Shown here piece after piece: positions 1 to 8,610 of a stretch of DNA of 56,155 nt. How positions within the stretch are numbered: the stretch's first letter is position 1; each line of letters opens with the position of its first letter. Origin of the DNA: an uncultured virus (IMG/VR IMGVR_UViG_3300030413_000012) (taxonomy: Duplodnaviria; Heunggongvirae; Uroviricota; Caudoviricetes). The notes beneath the pieces were generated by a model, which had not been told where the DNA came from, searched no databases, and saw nothing but the letters and a program-made list of their open reading frames with translations. The stretch is taken from IMG/VR virus record IMGVR_UViG_3300030413_000012. One strand, given 5' to 3'. A program made the position numbers and the translations under genes.

Positions 1-2
1 AA

Positions 3-1145
3 TTTATTTTTAACTATCCACATCTTAGCAACATAAAAACTGTTTCAGATGTTCCTCAAAATTCTATTGTCCAAGAAAAACTTAATGGAACAAATGTTGG
101 GATTATTAAACTTGCAGATGGTTCAATAATTTACAGAACCAGAGGAAGCATTGAACCAGATACTTTTATGAATAACATAAATTCTGCAATTTTGGAGGGG
201 GCTAAAACTCTTGTTGGAATAAATGAAGAAGTATTTGATGATTTTAAAAATAAATATATTGATATATTAAGAGAAGGTATAAAAAAATATATTGATGATT
301 TTGGAAATGTGCTGATGACAAGTATTGGAACAGAACTTGTAAATGAATTAAAATATATTTTTATTGAAAATTGGAAAATTGTTGGAATATTTGGAGAACT
401 TATTTCAAAATATAATCCAATTGCAGTTGATTCAAAAATGAAGTTTGGAATGTATCTTGATATGCCAGAAGATTATCAGTTTTATATTTTTGATATAATG
501 GTTACAGATAATGGTGGAAATATTTATTTTGCAGAACCATCAGAACTTAAGTTAATAAGGAAAACAAAGCTTATAAAAACAGTTTCTTCTGAAAAACTTT
601 CAGACATCAATGCAATGCAAAATAAATTTATAAATGAAGAGGGTGTTATTGCAAAATCTTCAGAAGGTTATTATAAAATAAAAAAAGATGAAGTTTTAGA
701 GTGGGAAAGACTTCTTGGAAAATTAAGCAATGTTGTTGTATTTTCAATAAATCATGTTTTTGAAGAGAATGGTTTTTCAACAAATGAAGTTTTAAACAAG
801 AAATTTTTAGAGCCAAATGCAATAGAACCTTTAATTTTGTCTTCATGGCAAGAAATAAAAAATAATGGTGTTTCAGAAAATGATTTGATTGAATATTATG
901 GTTCTAAGAACAAGGTTGATACTGAAATTAAAAGCATTGTTTCAGAAAAAGTATTGATTGGAATTGCAAGTGTTTTAATTAAAAATAATATTACTACAAA
1001 AGAAAAATTATATCTTGCACTTCCTGAATATTTCCAATTTACAGAACCTGTTCTTGATTGGAATGAAAGAAGAGGTAAATTATTACCTATAAAAAGTTAT
1101 GCTTTGATGATAAGAAAAATAATTGGAAATGTAGTAGGAAAATAA
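3..1145 (+). CDS. ATP-dependent RNA ligase (Rnl2/Rnl3-like nucleotidyltransferase), 5'-truncated by the window
   Basis: The frame of ORF 168..1145 is open back to position 3: FIFNYPHL...VQEKLNGTNVGI (motif I KxNG at 78-89), IIYRTRG (Ia), IFGELI (III), FYIFDIM (IIIa), EEGVIAK (IV), YYKIK (V). Confidence 0.75.
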   Translation, partial: FIFNYPHLSNIKTVSDVPQNSIVQEKLNGTNVGIIKLADGSIIYRTRGSIEPDTFMNNINSAILEGAKTLVGINEEVFDDFKNKYIDILREGIKKYIDDFGNVLMTSIGTELVNELKYIFIENWKIVGIFGELISKYNPIAVDSKMKFGMYLDMPEDYQFYIFDIMVTDNGGNIYFAEPSELKLIRKTKLIKTVSSEKLSDINAMQNKFINEEGVIAKSSEGYYKIKKDEVLEWERLLGKLSNVVVFSINHVFEENGFSTNEVLNKKFLEPNAIEPLILSSWQEIKNNGVSENDLIEYYGSKNKVDTEIKSIVSEKVLIGIASVLIKNNITTKEKLYLALPEYFQFTEPVLDWNERRGKLLPIKSYALMIRKIIGNVVGK

Positions 1146-1172
1146 ATAAAAATAACTAGGCTTATAAACTAA

Positions 1173-1862
1173 TTACATATAACCTAAATCTCTTAATTTT
1201 TTCATTATCTTTTCTTTTTCTGCATTTCTACTGGCTCTTTCATTTTCTGATGAACAGGATATTTCTTTTATTATATCAGGAATAGTTTTAGCATTACTGT
1301 TTATTGATGCTGAACAAAATGAGCAACCTAAACTTCTATATCTTTGTCCATCCTTTGCAAAATATAATGGATTAACTTTTATTTTATTTTCTTTTATGTA
1401 GTTCCAAATATCAAGTTCAGTCCAATCCAAAATAGGATGAACTCTTTTTTTATTAAATTCTTTTTCATCTGCTCTTGCTGGATTTTCATCTCTTCTTATT
1501 GCAACAAAAAGAACATCATATTTTTGTTCTAATTTTTTTAATGCATCAATTTTATTATATGAACAACAATTTCCATCTTTTTGATAATTTTCTGGAAGAA
1601 TTGATTTTTCAATAACTAAATTAAAGCCAAGTTCTTTTTGTTTATCTTTTAAAAAAGTATAAGATTCTTTAAATTCAACTCCATTATCAATAAAACCAAC
1701 ATCAAATGGAATTTTGCCAAATGCTTTTTTTATTAAATGCAATAAAACAGTGCTATCCTTTCCAAGACTAAACATTACTATTGGTTTTTTAAATTTAGTT
1801 ACTGTTTCTTTAATTATACTTATTGATTTATGTTCTTTATATTCCAAATCTTCTGTAATCAT
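1173..1862 (-). CDS. PAPS/APS reductase family protein (CysD/CysH-like PP-loop protein)
   Basis: PP-loop FSLGKDS, AIRRDENPARA, RVHPILDWTELDIWNYI, RYRSLGCSFC, CysD-like C-terminus MKKLRDLGYM; CC...CxxC cysteine motif. Confidence 0.85.
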   Translation of the reverse strand: MITEDLEYKEHKSISIIKETVTKFKKPIVMFSLGKDSTVLLHLIKKAFGKIPFDVGFIDNGVEFKESYTFLKDKQKELGFNLVIEKSILPENYQKDGNCCSYNKIDALKKLEQKYDVLFVAIRRDENPARADEKEFNKKRVHPILDWTELDIWNYIKENKIKVNPLYFAKDGQRYRSLGCSFCSASINSNAKTIPDIIKEISCSSENERASRNAEKEKIMKKLRDLGYM

Positions 1863-1911
1863 TTTATTTCCTTTTTTATATTCTTATATTTATATAATTA
1901 TTTGTTTAAAA

Positions 1912-1995
1912 TGCTGGTGATAGGATTTGCACCTATGAAGTCCTAAGACAAAAGGGTTTAAGCCTTTCCAGTTTGACTGCTTCTGATACACCAGC
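1912..1995 (-). tRNA. tRNA-Leu (anticodon TAA), long variable arm, no encoded CCA
   Basis: Reverse complement folds as GCTGGTG/CACCAGC acceptor stem + discriminator A, D arm, AAAGG-CT TAA AC-CCTTT anticodon arm, GTC-TTAG-GAC variable arm, ATAGG-TGCAAAT-CCTAT T arm. TTTAAATA box at 2031-2024 upstream. Confidence 0.88.
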
Positions 1996-2051
1996 ATATA
2001 TTTATAATATCTTTTTATTTATATATTTAAAGATACTTTTTTTATTTTAAT

Positions 2052-2356
2052 ATGAATATTATGTTAAAAATAGAATGGATTGATAAAACCTGGAGAGAAG
2101 ATTTAATTTGGTGTCCTTCACAACTTTATAGAAAATGTAAAATTTCTGATGAAAAAAATCAAAAAATAGTAACTTTATATTTGAGATGGAGACATGATGA
2201 CCCCTGGACAATGTCTATATTAAATGAAGATGAATCAGATTTTATTATATATAACAGGAAGATTTTGATTATTTTAAAGCAGATGACTTTAAATTAGCAG
2301 AAAAAGAAGCTGAAAAAATAATAGAAAAATATGGAGAAAAAGTATTAGCAGTATAA
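2052..2356 (+). pseudogene. Small hypothetical protein, apparently frameshifted near 2245-2255
   Basis: ORF 2052..2297 (WCPSQLY...YLRWRHDDPW) ends in poor-looking sequence, while another frame from ~2255 reads QEDFDYFKADDFKLAEKEAEKIIEKYGEKVLAV to a stop at 2356. The shift lies in an ATATAT run. Confidence 0.5.
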
Positions 2357-2368
2357 ATAAAAAATAAT

Positions 2369-2827
2369 TTATTTCTTTTGTAAATTTGCAAAAGTTTCAT
2401 TTTTTAGCTCTTTTATTAAATCTGACCATATGAATATAATTTGGTTATAAGGAACATCTGTTTTTGGTGCTGTTTCAATTATCTCTTTTATTAAATTAAA
2501 AAAACCCTTATCAGTCATATTATCAGTTGCCATTGCATTTAAGATATATTCAAATAAAACATTTATCTCTTTTAATAAAAACACTGAATGTCCAGAAAGA
2601 TGTAATTGTTTCATAAAAATAACAAAAGCTGTTCTTTTATTACCATTTAAAAAAATATGACCTGTTGTTATTAAATAAGCAAGTTTGCAGGCTTTTTTAA
2701 CACTAGCAGGCTCTTCTTGATTTATACCTGAAATAAAAAAAGCATTTCCTTCATTTATAATAATGCCTTCTTCACCAACTAATTTATTAACCTGAACCAA
2801 TTCATTTACAAATTTTATTTCTTGCAT
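2369..2827 (-). CDS. Doc-like (Fic/Doc family) toxin
   Basis: Doc-type motif HIFLNGNKRTA, preceded by KKACKLAYLI; 152 aa. Confidence 0.8.
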   Translation of the reverse strand: MQEIKFVNELVQVNKLVGEEGIIINEGNAFFISGINQEEPASVKKACKLAYLITTGHIFLNGNKRTAFVIFMKQLHLSGHSVFLLKEINVLFEYILNAMATDNMTDKGFFNLIKEIIETAPKTDVPYNQIIFIWSDLIKELKNETFANLQKK

Positions 2828-3103
2828 AATAACAACTATAACTTAATTTAAACACTTAAATTATTTTTGTAAAAAATAACCCAATTTTGAAAAAATTAGA
2901 AATCTGAAAAAAAGGCTTCTCTTCTACAATATACTTTTTGAAAAATGGTCATTTTTCCTCTATTATTTTGATTTTTCAAAAAATTGAGCTATGGTTTTGG
3001 CAATAAGGGGGAATATTTTAATAAATTTTACAAAATATCAAATTTACTGAGGAAAAATAAGACTTTATTTTTTTTTATGAATTTGGAGCATTTTTATTTC
3101 AAA

Positions 3104-3130
3104 TCAATACTGGCAATAAACCAGTATTGA
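3104..3130. repeat. Perfect 10-bp inverted repeat
   Basis: TCAATACTGG (3104-3113), loop CAATAAA, CCAGTATTGA (3121-3130). Confidence 0.85.
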
Positions 3131-3173
3131 CAGGTTTTGTTATATTGTTATTTATTTACTATTTATTATATTG

Positions 3174-3260
3174 CACATATAATATTGTCACATATAATAT
3201 TGTCACATATAATATTGTCACATATAATATTGTCACATATAATATTGTCACATATAATAT
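3174..3260. repeat. Tandem array of a 15-bp unit CACATATAATATTGT (5 perfect copies + 12-nt partial), iteron-like
   Basis: Units start at 3174, 3189, 3204, 3219, 3234 and 3249. Degenerate copies continue to ~3320 and recur near 3555-3590. Confidence 0.95.
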
Positions 3261-3393
3261 ATTTATCAAATAATATATTATCACCTAAGTATATTATTAT
3301 CAGATATAATATTATCAGATAGAATGACAAGAAGTTGTCTAACTCTTAAGGATATATACATATTATGCATTAGATATATATGTAATAGTTAAC

Positions 3394-3470
3394 ATAGATT
3401 GAGACCTTAAATGGATGGTCCCTGCACTATATGTGCAGGGACCATTGATTTGGGAACTCAATCCATCTAT
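3394..3470. repeat. Long hairpin with a perfect 13-bp GC-rich core
   Basis: ATGGTCCCTGCAC (3415-3427) / GTGCAGGGACCAT (3433-3445), extended outward by GATTGAG/CTCAATC. Confidence 0.85.
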
Positions 3471-3697
3471 ACTAAAGAAGTAATATGCTTATAATAATAT
3501 CAAACAATATTATGTGTTATAATAATATGCTTATATATATAACACATTATTATGAGACATATAATATATCTGACAATAATATTATCTAACAAAATAACAT
3601 ACTCTATTTGAGGATTGTCTAATATTACCTAAAACTTAGACAATTGTCATATAAAAATATTTTTATATACTTAAATATAAGTATGCTTGTTAATTAA

Positions 3698-4404
3698 GCT
3701 TCCTCCACTTCAATCCCAACCACTCTTTTATCCAGTTCTTTGGTCTTTCAGGAGGAAGCAGGGTGTTCCTTCCAGTCCTGCACCCTTCCATCCAAATCCA
3801 ACCCCTATTTTTCTTATTATAAAGATTCCTCATTTTGTAATAGAAAAGATAACCTTCATTTAAAGCCCTTTTTTAGCCAATTCTAGCCATTTTAGTCTTT
3901 CTGGGTATTAAGGTATTGGGTATTAACCTAAACCCACCCACAGCTCAATTCTGTGCAATTCTGAGCATTCTACCAAGCTGCTTACCCCTCCTCTGGCAAA
4001 ACCCTCTTAGTCTTCCTTCAAAGCATTATAGAGTCTCTAAAAATTACTTGTTCTGTGAGGCATTTCATCATAATTGCACAGAATGGGATATAGAAGCTCA
4101 CATCTCTTGGGTAGGTAGGAGTGAGGTGCATTGAGATATGCTGCCACAGCTCAAATTAGAGCCCTTTATAGGCATTATACAAGCCTTAACTGTTGTCTGA
4201 AAACAAGCCATTTAACCTTTTATGGACTAAATGGGTCTCAAATGACTTGCTCTAAAATTAACTTCCATGAAAATGAAAAATATTCTCTCAGAAATCTTTA
4301 CAATTACTCAGAAATGCACCTGCAGGCTCTTATACTTTGAACCCATATAACTATATAGTGTAAATGGAGATGCTGTTGTAGGTCAAATTTGGGGCATCTA
4401 TGGG
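3698..4404. ncRNA. Candidate large structured RNA or ssDNA element
   Basis: GC-richer than its flanks, with no credible ORF. Helices: 3698-3706/3751-3759, 3760-3765/3781-3786, 3948-3960/4072-4084, 3927-3940/4108-4119, 4124-4132/4313-4321, 4208-4214/4228-4234, 4342-4347/4399-4404, 4368-4373/4394-4399. Confidence 0.35.
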
Positions 4405-4749
4405 CATTCTACTAGACTTTTATCTAAAAATAACATAAAGGCTCAGGCTTTTTTGAACACCAATCATACCAACTGTATATTATTTTATACTTTAGGTTAT
4501 TTTGGTGCTACAAATATTATCAAATGATAATAAAAGTTAATCAGTCTATTTATATTTTATTATGTATAAAATAGGGTTTGTGCTGCCCAATCTAACAGTT
4601 TTGTTATACTGGAGTGATTAAAACTTGTTTTTTGAAACCATTTTTTTATAAAAAATTGTCTTAAAATTAAAAAAAACCAAGCTAAGAGGCTCTCTTATTT
4701 ATCAAAGTCTTCATTTTATTTTATTAAAAAATTTATAAAAAAGAGAATC

Positions 4750-4757
4750 TTTATATA
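4750..4757 (+). promoter_or_regulatory. Archaeal TATA box of a leaderless gene
   Basis: TTTATATA begins 30 nt before the ATG at 4780, preceded by a purine-rich BRE-like tract. Confidence 0.55.
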
Positions 4758-4779
4758 TTTTATAGTTTATTATTTTTTT

Positions 4780-5028
4780 ATGAAACTCACAGAATCTCTT
4801 GTAAAGTTTATTAAATCTATTAAAATAACAAACACTTATGAAAATAAAACAGAAGAATATGTTCTTTATTTATTATTTTTTATAAATTTTATTGGTTTTG
4901 TTTTAATACCAATTAATAATATATTTTTGTTTAGTTTTGTTGCTATTTGCATTTTTATATTTTATTATGAATATGATAATCTTTTTAAAAAAATACAACA
5001 ACATATCATTAATATAATAAAACCATGA
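4780..5028 (+). CDS. Small membrane protein
   Basis: Two hydrophobic segments; upstream TATA box. Confidence 0.55.
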   Translation: MKLTESLVKFIKSIKITNTYENKTEEYVLYLLFFINFIGFVLIPINNIFLFSFVAICIFIFYYEYDNLFKKIQQHIINIIKP

Positions 5029-5147
5029 AATTATTTAAGATAAAAAAAGAACAATAAAGGTAAAATAATAGTTGAAATTATTTATTATATTAACTAACTG
5101 AATCTAATAATAAAAAAATTATAAAAATAAACCTTTTCTTTTAAAAA

Positions 5148-5588
5148 TCAGGCTTCTTTTGCAACAAAGGTTGAATACTTTGTTCCATCTTTTCTTGTTT
5201 TTTGTTCTGTTGTTAGAATTATTTTTAATGGAACACCAGCTTGATATGCTTTTTCATTCAAATCTAGAACAGTTTTTCCTGAACCATACTCTCCAAGTCC
5301 TGTTTTAGATGTTTTTATTGGCAAAAACATTGAAACTGCTGTGCAAGTTTTAGCCTCAACCTCTTTTCCTGCATCATTGATATAATATGGCTTAAATTCT
5401 TCAGGAAGTTTTACAATTATCATTGCTGATTTTCCATATTCTTTTATTTTACTGACCATTAGTTTTGCAAATACAACAGTAAGAGGCATATCAAACAATT
5501 TTAGCTTATTTATTTTATCTACTGAAAAATATTCTTTCTTTGTTCCATCTGGTTGTTCTTTTTCTACTCTTGTTACAATTATCTTCAT
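5148..5588 (-). CDS. Hypothetical protein, possibly an OB-fold ssDNA-binding protein
   Basis: 146 aa, Lys-rich, beta-strand-like pattern, ending TRKDGTKYSTFVAKEA; own TATA (TTTAAGTA) and GTGAG motif. The fold is a guess. Confidence 0.6.
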   Translation of the reverse strand: MKIIVTRVEKEQPDGTKKEYFSVDKINKLKLFDMPLTVVFAKLMVSKIKEYGKSAMIIVKLPEEFKPYYINDAGKEVEAKTCTAVSMFLPIKTSKTGLGEYGSGKTVLDLNEKAYQAGVPLKIILTTEQKTRKDGTKYSTFVAKEA

Positions 5589-5663
5589 AATCTCACACTA
5601 TATTATTATACAAATAAATACTTAAATACTTTGGTTATAACTTTTTATAAAATAAACTAAAAA

Positions 5664-5999
5664 TTAACAAATTACAAAAGCACCCAGTAATACAAAAACA
5701 CACAAAATAGTAACAAGTATTATAATAACAGAATCATTCATTAGACAGGAATTAATAACATATTTTTCCATTATAATAAAGAAAGCTACAAGTGTAATTA
5801 AAAGAGCATCAAATGATATGGCAGCCATTTTTAAATTAACAAAAAAACTGGATGCAAGACTACTAGCAGCACTACACACAAAACTGCTTCTTGGCAATAA
5901 AGAAAATATTTGAAAATTTGAAAAATGAATAACACCAGTTATCATTGTTATTGCAAATATTATAAAGATAGAAAACAAATAGTTTTTATTAGTTAACAT
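5664..5999 (-). CDS. Small integral membrane protein
   Basis: Three to four hydrophobic segments in 111 aa. Confidence 0.6.
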   Translation of the reverse strand: MLTNKNYLFSIFIIFAITMITGVIHFSNFQIFSLLPRSSFVCSAASSLASSFFVNLKMAAISFDALLITLVAFFIIMEKYVINSCLMNDSVIIILVTILCVFVLLGAFVIC

Positions 6000-6078
6000 T
6001 TTTATCTAATATTATTTTTATGTTTATATATTTTTATATTTCTATTAAACTGTTCTTTTTTAAACATGAAAGATAAGG

Positions 6079-6086
6079 TTTATATA
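6079..6086 (+). promoter_or_regulatory. Archaeal TATA box of a leaderless gene
   Basis: GAAAGATAAGG-TTTATATA; the TATA begins 30 nt before the ATG at 6109. Confidence 0.55.
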
Positions 6087-6108
6087 TTTTAATTTATAAA
6101 TTGATATT

Positions 6109-6807
6109 ATGTTTGAAAAAAATATTATTATTGTATCTAAAAAGTCTGAAATTGAAGATGTTCTTGATATTATTATAAAATTTGGCTCCCAAAAAACAGC
6201 AAAAAATGGTTCACAAAAAATAATGTTTCTTGTCAAACCTAAATCTGCTACTCAGAAAAGATTATTGTTTAAATTCTATAATAGTTCAACTGAAGAATTA
6301 ATAGCTAGATTTTTGATAAAGTTTTCAAATAAAAGTTTTCAAAATATTTTTATGAATAGTTTTAATTCTTATATGCAAAAATTACAAAAATATTATGCTG
6401 CAACCTTAAATCCATATAAAGAAGAATATTCAATGTTTGGTGAATATAAAAATTTATTTATACTAAGTAAAGAAAATGTGAAAGAATTTATTGAAAAATT
6501 ATCTACTTATTTTAATGTTAAAAAGCCAGAACTGAGATTTATAAAAAATCAAAAAATATCATTTAAAACAGAAAAAACAAATGTTATTGTTTATGGAAGA
6601 ATTAGTAAAGCAACTTTACAGATAGATTTTTTTGGTATGCCACTGCCATTAGAAGCAGTTGCCCATGAATTTACACATTATCTTCTTTTACTTAAATCCA
6701 AAAATGTATCCCATGATAAAATCCATAATAAGATGCTTAAAAAAGTAATGATGATTGCAATAAATGAGCCAGCTTTAAAAAATTTATATAAACCCATAAA
6801 TTTTTGA
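6109..6807 (+). CDS. Protein with a C-terminal zinc metallopeptidase (SprT/YgjP-like) domain
   Basis: HEXXH motif AVAHEFTHY followed by a third His (VSHD). Confidence 0.65.
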   Translation: MFEKNIIIVSKKSEIEDVLDIIIKFGSQKTAKNGSQKIMFLVKPKSATQKRLLFKFYNSSTEELIARFLIKFSNKSFQNIFMNSFNSYMQKLQKYYAATLNPYKEEYSMFGEYKNLFILSKENVKEFIEKLSTYFNVKKPELRFIKNQKISFKTEKTNVIVYGRISKATLQIDFFGMPLPLEAVAHEFTHYLLLLKSKNVSHDKIHNKMLKKVMMIAINEPALKNLYKPINF

Positions 6808-6822
6808 AATATATTTATATGG

Positions 6823-7080
6823 TTAAGTATTGTTTTTATTTTTAATATAAGTTTTGAAATCTTTTTCTTCTTGTAATAGAGATTTTTTAATTCCAGAATT
6901 TATTGATTTATGATATTGTTTGTTTAATCCTCTTTTAAAATACAAAAAAGTTTCAATATCTCTACATCTTTTACAAATAGGTGTTTTATGGTCAATATAT
7001 GAAAGTGAATTAACTGCTTTACCTTTGTTCAATTTATTTAATTTGCATCTTGGACATAGCATTATATCATCAGAAATCAT
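6823..7080 (-). CDS. Small zinc-finger protein
   Basis: CPRC...NSLS...ICKRC. Confidence 0.65.
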   Translation of the reverse strand: MISDDIMLCPRCKLNKLNKGKAVNSLSYIDHKTPICKRCRDIETFLYFKRGLNKQYHKSINSGIKKSLLQEEKDFKTYIKNKNNT

Positions 7081-7232
7081 GTTTTGATTTCATTTTGGAC
7101 TTTTTCATTTGTTCATTTATCTTTTTTACTGAATATATATATTCTAAAAGAAATATTAGTGAAACCATCAATAGTGTTTTTAATTTTATTATCCTTAATA
7201 ACTGATTTGGCATTTTATTACCTATGTTTTTA

Positions 7233-7634
7233 TTATTCATTACTTATTGTTTTAACTAATTCATAATGCAGTAGTGATGATTCTACTATATCATATTCTA
7301 TAATAATTTTTTCTTTTAAATCTTTTACTATTAAAACTTTTCCAGTCTTAATTTTAGGAATAAGCATGTCATCCAAAGATTCTTTTGAATCAGCTAAATT
7401 AAGCAGTGATATTGGTGTGTTTATTTGTTTAGCCAAATCAACCAGTTTGTGTATTGTTTCACTATATTCTTTTATAAGTTGTAGTTTTGGTATAACTGCT
7501 GTATTATATGTGGAAAGGACTTTTTTTAAATCAGATACATATGATTTTAATCCATCTGGATATTGGATGAAATAACTAACCCAGTCTCCATCTTCAGAAT
7601 CTACTATGCTTCTAAATTCAATTTTACATTCCAA
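7233..7634 (-). CDS. Hypothetical protein
   Basis: 133-aa ORF; GGTGAG ribosome-binding motif before a TTG start. Confidence 0.6.
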   Translation of the reverse strand: MECKIEFRSIVDSEDGDWVSYFIQYPDGLKSYVSDLKKVLSTYNTAVIPKLQLIKEYSETIHKLVDLAKQINTPISLLNLADSKESLDDMLIPKIKTGKVLIVKDLKEKIIIEYDIVESSLLHYELVKTISNE

Positions 7635-7960
7635 GTTCTCACCATTATTTATAAAATATTTTTTATTTAAATCCTAATATCCATTATCTTTTTTCAAAGT
7701 CTATTCCAAGCAGCTAATTTATTCATTTCATTCTAGAAAAATCTGTATCCATATACATTTTTTTTAATCTTTTCAATCATCTGTTTTTTAGTTAACTCTT
7801 TTTCAAATTCTATTTTTGAAATATAAAATTTAATAAATCATCAGATGTGTATGGGTTCAAACTATCAGGGTTATGGCATACAGCTCCACCAGCCATTTCC
7901 ATTATTTTGTCTCTGTCTTTTTTAGTCAAAAACTTATATTTCAATTGCATACTATTCACT

Positions 7961-8602
7961 TTATTCAACTAATAATTCTTTTCTTATTTTTAATAAAAAT
8001 TTATCATACCATTCAGAACTATTTTTTTCAGGAAGTGTGCTTATTAAATACATGTTGTCTAAAACACTAAGTTGCTGTTTAATATATTCTGGTTTAATAT
8101 TTCCTTCTGGTTTTTCAAACATTATAGTTCCATCTTTAAGATAATTTATACCAAAAAGTAATAATCTATAAATAGTTCCAAGTCTTTTTTGTGATGCATC
8201 AATTTTAAAAAGTATATATTTCTTATAATTCTGAACAACAAGTCCATGTATAGAATGATAAATGTTTTTTGTTGGGTGTGAAACAACATAGTTTAGAAGT
8301 TCTTCATGTTCAGGTGTTGTTATTTCTGGTTTCCCAGTTAAACCCAAAATATAATTTATATTGCCTTTTTCTAATTCTCTTATAACATTTCCAATTTCAT
8401 GTGTTGCAATATCAATATTTTGATTGTTTGGTTTTGTAATTGATTCAGATTTCATTACATTTTTTCCAAGTAATATATCATCAGAATTTGCAACATAGCA
8501 AATAAAATAATCTTTATCACTATCAAGTCTTTGCATATTAAATTGCCAAGAACCAACTAAAGTTTTGAAAAGAATTTTATTTCCATTCCATGTTTCAATC
8601 AT
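7961..8602 (-). CDS. DNA polymerase beta-superfamily nucleotidyltransferase (RlaP/Nuc-transf-like)
   Basis: hGS...DxD signature LVGSWQFNMQRLDSDKDYF, KGNINYI, and C-terminal helical domain (RLLLFG...FLLKIR). Confidence 0.8.
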   Translation of the reverse strand: MIETWNGNKILFKTLVGSWQFNMQRLDSDKDYFICYVANSDDILLGKNVMKSESITKPNNQNIDIATHEIGNVIRELEKGNINYILGLTGKPEITTPEHEELLNYVVSHPTKNIYHSIHGLVVQNYKKYILFKIDASQKRLGTIYRLLLFGINYLKDGTIMFEKPEGNIKPEYIKQQLSVLDNMYLISTLPEKNSSEWYDKFLLKIRKELLVE

Positions 8603-8610
8603 AATATACC

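Larger units (their letters stand above)
2828..4779. other. ~1.9-kb non-coding control region, candidate replication origin and/or oriT
   Basis: Largest intergenic stretch in a gene-dense window. Contains a tandem array, several perfect inverted repeats, AT-rich tracts and a GC-richer structured segment. Confidence 0.5.

Noticed and set aside
3174..3260. CRISPR array
   Set aside because: The units are contiguous 15-mers with no spacers, and there are no cas genes in the window.
3137..3322. ORF with IILSH repeats
   Set aside because: It is just the translation of the 15-bp DNA tandem repeat, with a TTG start and no expression signals.
3751..3790. RNase P RNA or SRP RNA (GAGGAAG resembles the RNase P P4 5' strand)
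   Set aside because: I could not find the rest of the P4 consensus, its 3' partner, or the SRP helix-8 motif.
3916..4340. ORFs 3916..4134 and 4131..4340
   Set aside because: TTG starts, composition unlike the other proteins, and they overlie the inverted-repeat-rich segment.
5268..5297. Walker A-like GEYGSGKT in the 146-aa protein
   Set aside because: The protein is too small, with no preceding hydrophobic strand or Walker B; probably coincidental.
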